A stretch of 64,000 nt of DNA from IMG/VR virus record IMGVR_UViG_3300027969_000044, positions 102,312 through 166,311 of that record; one strand, 5' to 3'. A program made the translations under genes and the position numbers. Of this stretch, positions 26,299-35,627 are shown one piece after another; position 1 is the first letter of the stretch; each line of letters starts with the position of its first letter. Source of the DNA: a virus. The notes beneath the pieces are model-generated. The model did not search any database. It worked only from the letters and a program-made list of their open reading frames with translations, and was not told the DNA's origin.

Positions 26299-28008
26299 AT
26301 GAGTTGGAAAAAATACTTTACTCCGGTTAACACAACTGGACAGCGCGGACCAGTTAGCGGAGCAATGAGTATGGGAACCGGCCCGGGAGCCGCACGATCT
26401 AACTATTCAAGTTATTTGCCCGATGTTTATTCTGGACACCCAAACCGTTTAGAACGATATCAGCAGTATGATACAATGGACAGCGACAGTGAAGTTAATG
26501 CCGCTCTAGATATCTTAGCTGAGTTCTGTACACAATCAAATGACGAAAACGGAACACCGTTTGAAATATTCTTCAAAGATCAAGCTACACAAACTGAAAT
26601 TAAGATCATTAGCAAGTACCTACAACAGTGGGCTCGCTTGAACAAATTTACTAATCGTATCTTTAAAGTTGTTCGCAACACATTCAAGTACGGTGATTGT
26701 TTCTTCATCCGTGATCCAGAAACAAAAGCATGGATGTATGTTGATCCACAGAAAGTAGATCGTATTATTGTTAACGAAAGCGAAGGCAAGAAGCCCGAGC
26801 AATACATTATCCGTGACTTAAATGTTAACTTTCAAAACTTAACTGTAACTACAATTAATCCCGGCGTACCTGGAAACAGTATGGGCGGTGGCACAACCTA
26901 CGGACAATCGAGTAGTGGAATGAACCGCGGTATGACTGGTGCTGTTACTCCTAACTCGGGAAGCAGATTTAACAAACAACAAAACGAATGGGCAATTGAC
27001 GCAGAGCATGTTGTCCATCTAAGTCTAAGTGAAGGCTTAGACAATAACTTCCCATTTGGTAACAGCCTAATGGAAAGTATCTTTAAAGTTTATAAACAAA
27101 AAGAATTGCTAGAAGACAGCATTATTATCTATCGTGTACAGCGAGCTCCAGAACGCAGAGTATTTTACATTGACGTTGGTAATATGCCAAGTCACCTTGC
27201 TATGTCTTTTGTTGAGCGTGTTAAAAACGAAGTCAACCAACGCCGCATTCCTAGTGTTACTGGGGGTGGATCAAGTGTTATTGACAGTTCCTACAACCCG
27301 TTAAGTATTAACGAAGATTACTTTTTCCCACAAACTTCAGAAGGTCGCGGTTCTAAAGTTGAAATCCTACAGGGCGGACAAAACTTAGGAGAAATTGATG
27401 ACCTTAGATATTTTACTAATAAACTTTTTCGTGCTTTGCGTATTCCAAGCTCTTATCTACCTACCGGTAGCGATGATGGCGGAAGCAATTTCAATGATGG
27501 CCGAGTTGGAACAGCGTATATTCAAGAATTGCGATTCAACAAGTACTGCGAACGGTTGCAGTCTTTATTAAATGAAAAATTTGATATAGAATTTAAAGCA
27601 TACATGATGGAAAAAGGTATTAACTTTGATCCTAATTTGTTTGATTTAAAGTTTAATCCACCACAAAACTTTGCCGCTTATCGTCAAGCAGAGATGGATA
27701 CAGCCCGTGTAACCACATTTGGTACTATGGTAGCTATACCACACATCAGCAAGAGATTTGCGCTAAAACGTTTCTTAGGACTAAGCAAAGAAGAGATTGC
27801 AGAGAACGAAACACTATGGCAAGAAGAAAACGGACTGAGCAAAGAAAGTCAAACTGCAGCCGCTGAATTGCGTTCTGCGGGTATTACAGGGTCCGGAGCG
27901 GGCGCCGAAATGGATACATTAGGTGCTGGCGGAGAAGCTCCAGAACTAGACGGAATGGCAGCTGGTGCTGAAGCCGCGCCTGATAACGCACCTGCTCCTC
28001 CGGCATAA
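26299..28008 (+). CDS. gp20: Portal vertex protein, T4 gp20-like
   Basis: LLEDSIIIYRVQRAPERRVFYIDVGNMP...EDYFFP...GRGSKVE.L.GGQNLGEIDDLRYF..KL.RAL.IP signature. Confidence 0.95.
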   Translation: MSWKKYFTPVNTTGQRGPVSGAMSMGTGPGAARSNYSSYLPDVYSGHPNRLERYQQYDTMDSDSEVNAALDILAEFCTQSNDENGTPFEIFFKDQATQTEIKIISKYLQQWARLNKFTNRIFKVVRNTFKYGDCFFIRDPETKAWMYVDPQKVDRIIVNESEGKKPEQYIIRDLNVNFQNLTVTTINPGVPGNSMGGGTTYGQSSSGMNRGMTGAVTPNSGSRFNKQQNEWAIDAEHVVHLSLSEGLDNNFPFGNSLMESIFKVYKQKELLEDSIIIYRVQRAPERRVFYIDVGNMPSHLAMSFVERVKNEVNQRRIPSVTGGGSSVIDSSYNPLSINEDYFFPQTSEGRGSKVEILQGGQNLGEIDDLRYFTNKLFRALRIPSSYLPTGSDDGGSNFNDGRVGTAYIQELRFNKYCERLQSLLNEKFDIEFKAYMMEKGINFDPNLFDLKFNPPQNFAAYRQAEMDTARVTTFGTMVAIPHISKRFALKRFLGLSKEEIAENETLWQEENGLSKESQTAAAELRSAGITGSGAGAEMDTLGAGGEAPELDGMAAGAEAAPDNAPAPPA

Positions 28009-28013
28009 TTTGG

Positions 28014-28019
28014 TAAATA
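28014..28019 (+). promoter_or_regulatory. Late promoter TAAATA 5 nt upstream of ATG 28025
   Basis: ggTAAATActcctATGCTA, no SD. Confidence 0.6.
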
Positions 28020-28024
28020 CTCCT

Positions 28025-28279
28025 ATGCTATTAAACGAGTTTATATATTTTAACGAAAATAACAAGGATCAAGAAGAAGATCCTAGCTACGATCCTTTCC
28101 ACGATCGAAGTATTATTACGTCTAAGGATATGCGTAAAACTCGTTTAACACTACGTATGATTCATGATCTACGCAAAGCTAGCGAAACAAAAGAGAAAGA
28201 ACGCATGGAAGATGTACAACTTATACAAGCAATGTACAGAAATCCAACACCTGAAGAGCAAGCAGCCGCTGGTCAATAA
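28025..28279 (+). CDS. Small head-module protein (84 aa)
   Basis: MLLNEFIYFNE...RKTRLTLRMIHDLRK...MY. Located between portal and core genes; start re-assigned from 27965, which overlaps the portal gene. Confidence 0.65.
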   Translation: MLLNEFIYFNENNKDQEEDPSYDPFHDRSIITSKDMRKTRLTLRMIHDLRKASETKEKERMEDVQLIQAMYRNPTPEEQAAAGQ

Positions 28280-28417
28280 TAAACTGTTCTGATAACTCTT
28301 AAATTACAGAACTAAATATTTTTAACAAAATATCACAAGGGACACCGCGCCCAAATCTGGTTTAACCAAAAATGCTTCGTTTTTGGCCTATTTCACATAA
28401 GTATACTCGAACGGCTG

Positions 28418-28423
28418 TAAATA
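28418..28423 (+). promoter_or_regulatory. Late promoter TAAATA for the prohead core operon (a second copy at 28313-28318)
   Basis: ctgTAAATAcacc upstream of SD AAGGAG and ATG 28475. Confidence 0.55.
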
Positions 28424-28474
28424 CACCATAAGACAGCCTTGCCGCATCTAATCTAAATTAAGGAGAATACCGCA

Positions 28475-29491
28475 ATGTCTACAAAGATGGAACAACTTTT
28501 AGACTTACTCGTAAACGAAGAAATGGAAAAAGCTCACGAGCTATTTCATGATATCGTTGTTGAGAAGTCACGTGATATATACGAAAATTTAATTGCTGAA
28601 GAAGCAGAAGAAGACGAAGAAGAAATGGAAGAGTCCGCTGACGAAAAGGACGAAGACCAAGATGAATCAATCGACGAAGAAACTACATTTGAAATTGGCG
28701 GCGATGCTGCAGATGACATGATGGGTGACGTTGGTGCTGACGACGAAATGGGTGGACTTGGCGGTGCCGACGATATGGGCGGTGACGACGAGTTTGGTGG
28801 AGATGAACTAGGTTCTGGTGGTACTGACGAAGAGCGTATCGAAGACTTAGAAGATGCTCTAGCAGAACTAAAAGCAGAATTTGAAGCACTAATGGCCGAC
28901 GAAAAAGACGAGCCAGCACACAACGACGGTGAAGAAGACCCAGACTTCGGTGGCGAAGATGACGGTGAAGAAGCCGACGACGAAGATGAAGAAGACGAAA
29001 TGATGGGTATGGAAAGTACTCAAGTTCGTGAGTATGTTGAGAAAGTTGGTAACGACTGGGAAAAGAACAGCATGAAATCTCCACGTCCAGTAGGTTCTGG
29101 TACAGGCGATAAGGCTGGTCAAGCAACAGAAACAAGTACAAAAAGCGTAGGCTTACAAAATCCAAAAGGACGTCCTACAACAACCGCTAGCGCACACAAC
29201 CTAGTAAACGGTGGTACAGGCGTTGGTGAGATGAGTGGTACAAGTCCAAACGCAGATAGAGGTTCTCGTGGTTTAGTTGGCAACACAAAAGGTGAATTCA
29301 CTAACGGTGTAACAACAAACAAGAACGGTTCTACAACTGGCGTTAAGAAATTATCAAAAGTAACTCAAGGCCATGGCGCCGAGAAGAAAGGTCAAACTGC
29401 TGAATTCCAAGGCGTTGGCGCAAACACTGGAGGTCCAGCAGGACAGACAGGTAGCGGTAACACACGTTCTCCAGCTGATCGTAGACAATAA
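28475..29491 (+). CDS. Acidic prohead core/scaffold protein (gp67/68-like position)
   Basis: Extremely Asp/Glu-rich; directly precedes the prohead protease. Confidence 0.65.
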   Translation: MSTKMEQLLDLLVNEEMEKAHELFHDIVVEKSRDIYENLIAEEAEEDEEEMEESADEKDEDQDESIDEETTFEIGGDAADDMMGDVGADDEMGGLGGADDMGGDDEFGGDELGSGGTDEERIEDLEDALAELKAEFEALMADEKDEPAHNDGEEDPDFGGEDDGEEADDEDEEDEMMGMESTQVREYVEKVGNDWEKNSMKSPRPVGSGTGDKAGQATETSTKSVGLQNPKGRPTTTASAHNLVNGGTGVGEMSGTSPNADRGSRGLVGNTKGEFTNGVTTNKNGSTTGVKKLSKVTQGHGAEKKGQTAEFQGVGANTGGPAGQTGSGNTRSPADRRQ

Positions 29492-29504
29492 TTAGGAAAC
29501 CTGG

Positions 29505-30137
29505 ATGAAACCTTTATCTTACCTAAGAGAACACCTAAGTTTTGATCAGGCTCGAGTTGTACTTGAGTCTGACGACAAGGATGGAAAGAACCTTTATCTA
29601 AAAGGCATTTGCATCCAAGGTGGCGTTAGGAATGCTAATCAGCGTGTGTACCCAGTAGGGGAAATTACAAACGCTGTTAAGACTCTTAACGACCAAATAC
29701 AAAACGGGTATTCAGTATTAGGCGAAGTAGATCATCCAGATGACTTAAAAGTGAATTTAGACCGAGTGTCTCACATGATCACAGATATGTGGATGGACGG
29801 TCCTAATGGCTATGGAAAGATGAAAATCCTTCCTACACCGATGGGTAATCTAATTCGTACTATGCTTGAAAGCGGAGTAAAACTTGGCGTTAGTTCACGC
29901 GGTAGCGGCAACGTTAACGATGGCAGCGGAGAAGTATCTGAGTTTGAGATCATTACAGTCGACATAGTAGCCCAACCAAGTGCGCCAGGCGCATATCCTA
30001 CACCAATTTATGAACATCTCATGAATGCACGTGGAGGCTATGGAGCGTGGATGGTCGCACAAGAGGTAAAAGAAGATCCGAAAGCCCAGAAGTACCTTAA
30101 GGAATCACTCCTTAATGTAATCAAAGGCTTAAAATAA
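29505..30137 (+). CDS. gp21: Prohead protease, T4 gp21-like
   Basis: N.N.RVYP, LGEVDHP, GVSSRGSG and DIVAQPSAPGAYP motifs. Confidence 0.93.
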   Translation: MKPLSYLREHLSFDQARVVLESDDKDGKNLYLKGICIQGGVRNANQRVYPVGEITNAVKTLNDQIQNGYSVLGEVDHPDDLKVNLDRVSHMITDMWMDGPNGYGKMKILPTPMGNLIRTMLESGVKLGVSSRGSGNVNDGSGEVSEFEIITVDIVAQPSAPGAYPTPIYEHLMNARGGYGAWMVAQEVKEDPKAQKYLKESLLNVIKGLK

Positions 30138-30146
30138 GGAGAAACA

Positions 30147-31250
30147 GTGATGTTGGACGCATTCAAACAATTGGTAGAGAGCGGTGTCATGTCAGAACAA
30201 GTAAAGTCTGAAATTGAAAACGCATTCAATCAAAAAATTCAAGAAAATCGCGACCAGGTCACCGCGAACCTACGTGAAGAGTTTGCTCAAAAATATGCCC
30301 ATGATAAGGGCGTTATGGTTGAAGCACTTGACAAAATGGTTAGCGAGCGATTGGCCGCAGAGATGGCCGAGTTGGTTACTGATAAGAAAAGTTTAGCTGA
30401 AACTAAACTAGCTTATAAGAGCAAAATGACTTCTGATGCACAAGTATTAGAATCATTTGTTATTAAACAACTTGGTAAAGAGTTAGGAGAATTCCAAGGT
30501 GACCGTCAAAAAGTTGCTGAGAATTTTTCTAAGTTAGAGCAGTTCATTGTAACAGCCCTAGCAAAAGAAATCAGAGAGTTTGCTGTTGATAAGAAGGACC
30601 TAGCTGAAACTAAAGTTAAGTTAGTTCGTGAAGCAAAAGCAAAATTCGACGAAGTAAGAGCACAGTTTATCAAACGTAGTGCTAAGATTGTTGAAGAAAG
30701 CATAACAAAGCAATTGAAAACCGAGATGAAACAACTCAAGGAAGATATTGAAGATGCCCGTCAAAACAGTTTTGGACGCCGTTTGTTCGAAGCGTTTGCT
30801 CAGGAGTATAGTTCAAGCTATCTAAACGAGAAATCTGAAACAAGTAAATTGTTAAAAGTTATCGATAAGAAAGAATTAGAGCTAGTAGAAGCAAGACAAT
30901 CCGTTACAGACAAAGCAAAACTAATTGAATCTAAAGAGCGCGAAATTCGTGTTACAAAAGATTTGATGGAGCGCAAAGCAGTAATGGGTGAGTTATTGGC
31001 ACCTCTGAGTGCTGAAAAGAAAGCGATTATGACAGAGTTGTTAGAGTCTGTTCAAACACAAAAGTTAAACATTGCGTTTGATAAGTATCTACCAGCAGTT
31101 ATGGAAGGTGACGTTAAGCGTGCAAAGGCTCCGGCAAAAGCACAACTAACTGAAAGCGCCTCTGTTACAGGTGATCGCGAAGTTAAACAGCCTCAGGTAG
31201 GCGTAGACAACATTTTAGATATCCGCAAACTTGCGGGCTTATCGAAATAA
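30147..31250 (+). CDS. gp22: Prohead core scaffolding protein, T4 gp22-like
   Basis: Long coiled-coil protein between protease and capsid genes; start is GTG 30147 or ATG 30150 after SD AAGGAG. Confidence 0.8.
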   Translation: MMLDAFKQLVESGVMSEQVKSEIENAFNQKIQENRDQVTANLREEFAQKYAHDKGVMVEALDKMVSERLAAEMAELVTDKKSLAETKLAYKSKMTSDAQVLESFVIKQLGKELGEFQGDRQKVAENFSKLEQFIVTALAKEIREFAVDKKDLAETKVKLVREAKAKFDEVRAQFIKRSAKIVEESITKQLKTEMKQLKEDIEDARQNSFGRRLFEAFAQEYSSSYLNEKSETSKLLKVIDKKELELVEARQSVTDKAKLIESKEREIRVTKDLMERKAVMGELLAPLSAEKKAIMTELLESVQTQKLNIAFDKYLPAVMEGDVKRAKAPAKAQLTESASVTGDREVKQPQVGVDNILDIRKLAGLSK

Positions 31251-31274
31251 TATATTCAAGGAGACAATATTAAA

Positions 31275-32450
31275 ATGTCACAATTATTAAATGAAAGATG
31301 GTCAGAGACCAAAGACGCTCTGCTTGAAGGCCTACAGGGTAACCGTAAAGCTTCTATGAGCGTTTGCTTAGAGAACACACGTAAGTACCTAGCAGAAGCC
31401 GCAACAAGTGGTGCTACTAGTTCTGGAAACATTGCTACACTAAACCGTGTAATTCTTCCAGTTATCCGTCGTGTTATGCCAACAGTTATTGCCAACGAAA
31501 TCATCGGTGTTCAGCCAATGACAGGCCCTGTTGGACAGATTCACACATTGCGTGTTCGTTATGCTGACACTTCTACTGAAGTTACAGCTGGTGAAGAAGC
31601 ACTAAGTCCATTCAAGATCGCTCAAGCGTATTCTGGTAACGACAACAACACAACTCCTCGTGCTGCCGCAACAAGCGCACTAGAAGGTCGTCCAGGTAAC
31701 AGAATGAGCATTCAAATCTTGAAAGCAAGCGTTGAAGCCAAGAGCCGTAAGTTATCAGCTCGTTGGACATTCGAAGCTGCACAAGATGCTCAAGCTCAAC
31801 AAGGTATTGACATCGAAGCAGAAATCATGGCCGCTCTAGCACAAGAAATTACTGCTGAAATCGACCAAGAGATCCTAGCTTCTTTACGTGGCTTGGCAAG
31901 TGTTGAACAAACATATGACCAGTCATTAGTTTCTGGAACAGCTACATTCGTTGGTGACGAGCATGCCGCATTGGCAATCCAAATCAACCGTGTTGCTAAC
32001 TTGATTGCTCAGCGTACACGTCGTGGTGCTGCAAATTGGGCTGTTGTTTCTAACTTAGCACTAACATTGCTACAGTCTGCTACAACTAGTGCTTTTGCTC
32101 GTACTACAGAAGGTACATTCGAAGCTCCAACAAACACTAAGTTCGTTGGTACATTGAACAACGCTATGCGTGTTTATGTTGACGCATACAAGAGTGATAG
32201 CGATGATGACAACCAAGTGTTGATCGGTTATAAGGGTGCTTCTGAAGCTGATGCTCCAGCATTCTATTGCCCATACATTCCTCTAATGAGTTCTGGTGTT
32301 GTATTAGATCCTAATACATTCGAGCCAGTAGTTGGCTTCCTAACACGTTACGGTTATTTAGAGTTGAACAATACTGCTTCTTCTCTAGGTAATGCCGCTG
32401 ACTACCTAGGTAAGGTCAAGATCACTACTGCTAACGTAAGTTTCCAGTAA
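31275..32450 (+). CDS. gp23: Major capsid protein, T4 gp23-like
   Basis: IRRVMPTVIANEIIGVQPMTGPVGQI, AKSRKLSARWTFEAAQD, EITAEIDQEI, FYCPYIPL and F.P.VGF.TRYG motifs; strongly biased codon usage. Confidence 0.96.
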   Translation: MSQLLNERWSETKDALLEGLQGNRKASMSVCLENTRKYLAEAATSGATSSGNIATLNRVILPVIRRVMPTVIANEIIGVQPMTGPVGQIHTLRVRYADTSTEVTAGEEALSPFKIAQAYSGNDNNTTPRAAATSALEGRPGNRMSIQILKASVEAKSRKLSARWTFEAAQDAQAQQGIDIEAEIMAALAQEITAEIDQEILASLRGLASVEQTYDQSLVSGTATFVGDEHAALAIQINRVANLIAQRTRRGAANWAVVSNLALTLLQSATTSAFARTTEGTFEAPTNTKFVGTLNNAMRVYVDAYKSDSDDDNQVLIGYKGASEADAPAFYCPYIPLMSSGVVLDPNTFEPVVGFLTRYGYLELNNTASSLGNAADYLGKVKITTANVSFQ

Positions 32451-32470
32451 TCCATTTTACGGATCAAACA

Positions 32471-32495
32471 AGAGCCCACCTCGGTGGGCTTTTTG
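32471..32495 (+). terminator. Rho-independent terminator after the capsid gene
   Basis: AGCCCAC-CTCG-GTGGGCT followed by TTTT. Confidence 0.88.
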
Positions 32496-32505
32496 TTGGC
32501 TATAC

Positions 32506-32600
32506 TAAATATAACGTATGATTCACATAGGGTGAATTTTATGCGGAAATCCAACCGCGTATGGCCTAAAACGCTATAAACATTCTTTAAGGAGAAATAA
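32506..32600 (+). promoter_or_regulatory. Late promoter (TAAATA 32506-32511) followed by a structured 5' leader
   Basis: Three consecutive hairpins at 32521-32578 precede SD AAGGAG. Confidence 0.55.
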
Positions 32601-32601
32601 A

Positions 32602-33591
32602 ATGGGACGTCCTTTAGCAAAAAGATTTTTTGGTAACCGTAATATCGGTGCCAACGGCGAAACAAATTCAGTAAGAGATGCTGACGGTAACATTATTAAC
32701 CAAGGTGGCGATGATGGTATTGGCGGTGAAGGTGTAGCAAGTGTTGTATTAAACGCAGTGGGCGCCTATACAACTCGTCCAACATTCACATTTAGCGCAC
32801 CACAAATTCCAGGCGGTGTAACAGCAACTGGTACTATCACTTCTGAAGTTGAAAGCGTAACAGCAGTTGGCGGAACACAAACTGGTTACACAGTTGGTCA
32901 ACTAGTAACAGTTAACGGTACTGACGCAGTATTACGTGTTGCTACAATTGGCGGCACAGGCGGTGATGACGCATTAACTTTCGACTTCACTGGAGGTAGC
33001 CGTGGTAACTTTACTACATTACCAAGCGGTGCTCAAGCAACAACATCAAACGGAGCAGGTGCCGGTTTAACAGTTACTCTACGTTTCCGTGCTAAAGCAG
33101 TTGTAATTACTCAGGCAGGTTCTGGTTATTCTACTGCTCCAACTTCAACTCCATCTCAATCAGTAACATTTACTTCGGTTGCATTGACAACTAGTAACAC
33201 AACAATTAGAGCAGGTGCTGTTGGTAATCAAGAAAACGCAATCATTATCCGTGCTAAAACAACAGCCGGCGGTACTGTATTAGTTGGTGATATTACAGCA
33301 CAGAAAGGTTCACATCGTTATAAAGTTAAAACTGCGGACGGTACAGCAGTATGTAAATTAGTTACAACAGCAACTCCACTAGTTAATCAAGCCTGTATCC
33401 AAGCTACTGATATTACTGGTAACACTTATTTTGTAACAAAACTTACTGCTCGCAAGTGTGTAATTACACGTAAGTCCGGTGGCGCCGACTATGAGTTTGC
33501 TGATCCAACTACATTCCCAAATGGGCAAATTATTAAGTGGACATTAGGTACAGCAGTACTAAACAGTTCAGTTAAAGTTGAAAACGCTTAA
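32602..33591 (+). CDS. Virion structural protein (Gly/Thr-rich, beta-rich; possible head decoration protein)
   Basis: Monocistronic unit right after the capsid gene with its own promoter and terminator; capsid-like codon bias. Confidence 0.6.
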   Translation: MGRPLAKRFFGNRNIGANGETNSVRDADGNIINQGGDDGIGGEGVASVVLNAVGAYTTRPTFTFSAPQIPGGVTATGTITSEVESVTAVGGTQTGYTVGQLVTVNGTDAVLRVATIGGTGGDDALTFDFTGGSRGNFTTLPSGAQATTSNGAGAGLTVTLRFRAKAVVITQAGSGYSTAPTSTPSQSVTFTSVALTTSNTTIRAGAVGNQENAIIIRAKTTAGGTVLVGDITAQKGSHRYKVKTADGTAVCKLVTTATPLVNQACIQATDITGNTYFVTKLTARKCVITRKSGGADYEFADPTTFPNGQIIKWTLGTAVLNSSVKVENA

Positions 33592-33608
33592 TATAAGTGT
33601 GTATGACC

Positions 33609-33632
33609 AAGGGCTCTTCGGAGCCCTTTTTT
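33609..33632 (+). terminator. Rho-independent terminator
   Basis: AAGGGCTC-TTCG-GAGCCCTT followed by TTTT (UUCG tetraloop). Confidence 0.9.
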
Positions 33633-33637
33633 GTTGG

Positions 33638-33643
33638 TAAATA
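33638..33643 (+). promoter_or_regulatory. Late promoter TAAATA 5 nt upstream of ATG 33649
   Basis: ggTAAATAtatctATGTCT, no SD. Confidence 0.6.
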
Positions 33644-33648
33644 TATCT

Positions 33649-34191
33649 ATGTCTGTATCTACTTGGTTTAATCCCTTAACAATAACACAAAACTTAGATG
33701 AGGATTCTCATCTAATTCCATGGAAAACGCCCTTAGCATTTCCATTACTGTCTGCTAGAGATTTTATTCATATAGCAGGAACTGGCGGACCAGGACCTAA
33801 CATGGCAGACCTTAGATACAAAAGTACAGCACTAACCCTAACAAATTTTGGAATTACGTGTGATCCTAACCTAACTATAACAGGTGTAGAGTTAAAGTTA
33901 GATATAGAACGTAACGGCCGTATATCAGACTCTGAAATAAATCTGCGTGATCCAGATGGAAATCTAAGCATTAACAAAACATCTTATTCAGTAGATGATA
34001 GAAATCATTTACTAATGTTTAATAAGAACTCATACGGTGATGAGTATGATACATGGGGATTTGATATAACTGCAAATATGTTACAAGATTCCAACTTTGG
34101 AATTAACATACGAGTTCAAAGTCATCCGTTTTACCCACACAAGTGCAGAGTAATGATTCGCCAAGTGGCGCTACGCTACTATTTCGCATAA
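33649..34191 (+). CDS. Hypothetical late protein (beta-rich, 180 aa)
   Basis: Start re-assigned to ATG 33649; the track start 33631 lies in the terminator U-tract. Confidence 0.6.
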   Translation: MSVSTWFNPLTITQNLDEDSHLIPWKTPLAFPLLSARDFIHIAGTGGPGPNMADLRYKSTALTLTNFGITCDPNLTITGVELKLDIERNGRISDSEINLRDPDGNLSINKTSYSVDDRNHLLMFNKNSYGDEYDTWGFDITANMLQDSNFGINIRVQSHPFYPHKCRVMIRQVALRYYFA

Positions 34192-34212
34192 ATATCACTA
34201 AAGGAAACTCAC

Positions 34213-35301
34213 ATGACTGCTGATGTTGTTAGATTGCCCGGTGATTATAAAATTGTAACCAAAGAAGGTGGTTCAATCACCTTAGACACGATTAACGTAG
34301 AGGGTGGAACAACCGGTACAATCACTTTGCGTGGTAATCTAGTCATTGAAGGCGACACCACGCTAGGTAACGTTAGCAACGTAAATGTACAGCAAACGGT
34401 AATTGACGATAATATGATTACCTTAAACGCAGGTGAAACTGGCGTTGATGTTATTAGTACTCCGGGTAGTCTTAATAGATCTGGTCTAATTATTGATAGA
34501 GGCGCAGATGCCAGCTTAAACTTAGCAGGTCAATTTTATCTAGATGATAGCCTTGCTACTGGACGTTGGAATTTAAGAACACTAACAGACGCAGAAGGTA
34601 GCGGAGCAACTACAACTCGTAAAGGTACGTGGCGTTTTAAAGTTAATAATGCGGCCTCAGTAATTTCAGTTGCGGCAATTAAGTTAGATAGATCTAACAT
34701 CAATGAAATAACATACGGCGGGATTCCTAGATTAAATTTAATTGGATATGATCCAACTAGTCCTGTAGCATTTGTATCAGTACAAGGTACAAGCAACTAC
34801 GCAGGCAATCTAGATTTGTATGGAGATGACAACGATATTCCCAATAAGAAATACGTTGACGATAAATTTTTATCTACAGGTGTAGACAAAGCTAATGAAG
34901 CAAAACGTCTTCAAGTTAATAACAGTTACATTACTATTACTGATGAAGGTGAAAACCGAACAGGGTTAATTGCGTTCTTTATTGATGATTACTTGCAAGC
35001 AGAAATTGGACCAGATTCTGTTTCTTTAGCAGGAATTTCGATTGGTGGAACAACAATTCAACCAAGTTTCACAGCAACAAACATGACGTTACAAACAACG
35101 TTTGGCTCTGAAATTATTTTAGATGGTCCAGTTACCTATCAAGTTCAAGAGATTGTTCCACAAGCTAGCCCCAATCAAGTAAAAGTATATAGCACTAGTA
35201 CTCCGGGTGCTGGCGGGACAGGATTAATGTTTATTAATCCAGAAGGTAGAGATGAACTAGTTAGCAGTAGAAAAATGATGATCTACAGTATTATATTTTA
35301 A
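34213..35301 (+). CDS. Virion structural / fibre-associated protein
   Basis: TAAATA at 34189-34194 and SD AAGGA; GNLVIEG.T...IDDNMITLNAGE...GLIIDRG and IPNKKYVDD fibre-type motifs. Confidence 0.65.
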   Translation: MTADVVRLPGDYKIVTKEGGSITLDTINVEGGTTGTITLRGNLVIEGDTTLGNVSNVNVQQTVIDDNMITLNAGETGVDVISTPGSLNRSGLIIDRGADASLNLAGQFYLDDSLATGRWNLRTLTDAEGSGATTTRKGTWRFKVNNAASVISVAAIKLDRSNINEITYGGIPRLNLIGYDPTSPVAFVSVQGTSNYAGNLDLYGDDNDIPNKKYVDDKFLSTGVDKANEAKRLQVNNSYITITDEGENRTGLIAFFIDDYLQAEIGPDSVSLAGISIGGTTIQPSFTATNMTLQTTFGSEIILDGPVTYQVQEIVPQASPNQVKVYSTSTPGAGGTGLMFINPEGRDELVSSRKMMIYSIIF

Positions 35302-35311
35302 GGAATAAGAA

Positions 35312-35626
35312 ATGGCGATTAAAAATACAGCAGTTGGTACAGGCACACCAACTAACATTTACACCGCAAATGGAGAAAATGCTATTACTACAATAATGTT
35401 TTGTAATACTGCGGTTATTGATACTAACATTACCGTATGGATGGTCCCAGCCGGACAGTCTTTAAATAACAATATGATGATTTTAAACTCAGTTTATATG
35501 CCTGCCGGAGAAACATTTAGTATGGATACTGAAAGATTTATTTTTGCCGATGGTGATTCAGCTTGGTGTCAGGCAGTTGATTCAAACACAATATCTGCAA
35601 CTGTAAGTTACGTGAATACAAATTAA
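35312..35626 (+). CDS. Small beta-sandwich virion protein (paralog of 40615-41004)
   Basis: IYTA....ITTIMFCNT..ITVW...MPAGETF....FIF.DGDS pattern shared with the 129-aa ORF. Confidence 0.6.
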   Translation: MAIKNTAVGTGTPTNIYTANGENAITTIMFCNTAVIDTNITVWMVPAGQSLNNNMMILNSVYMPAGETFSMDTERFIFADGDSAWCQAVDSNTISATVSYVNTN

Positions 35627-35627
35627 T

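Noticed and set aside
28479-29322. Ser-rich and Arg/His-rich minus-strand ORFs
   Set aside because: Mirror frames of the GAA/GAC-rich acidic core gene; no promoter or SD support.
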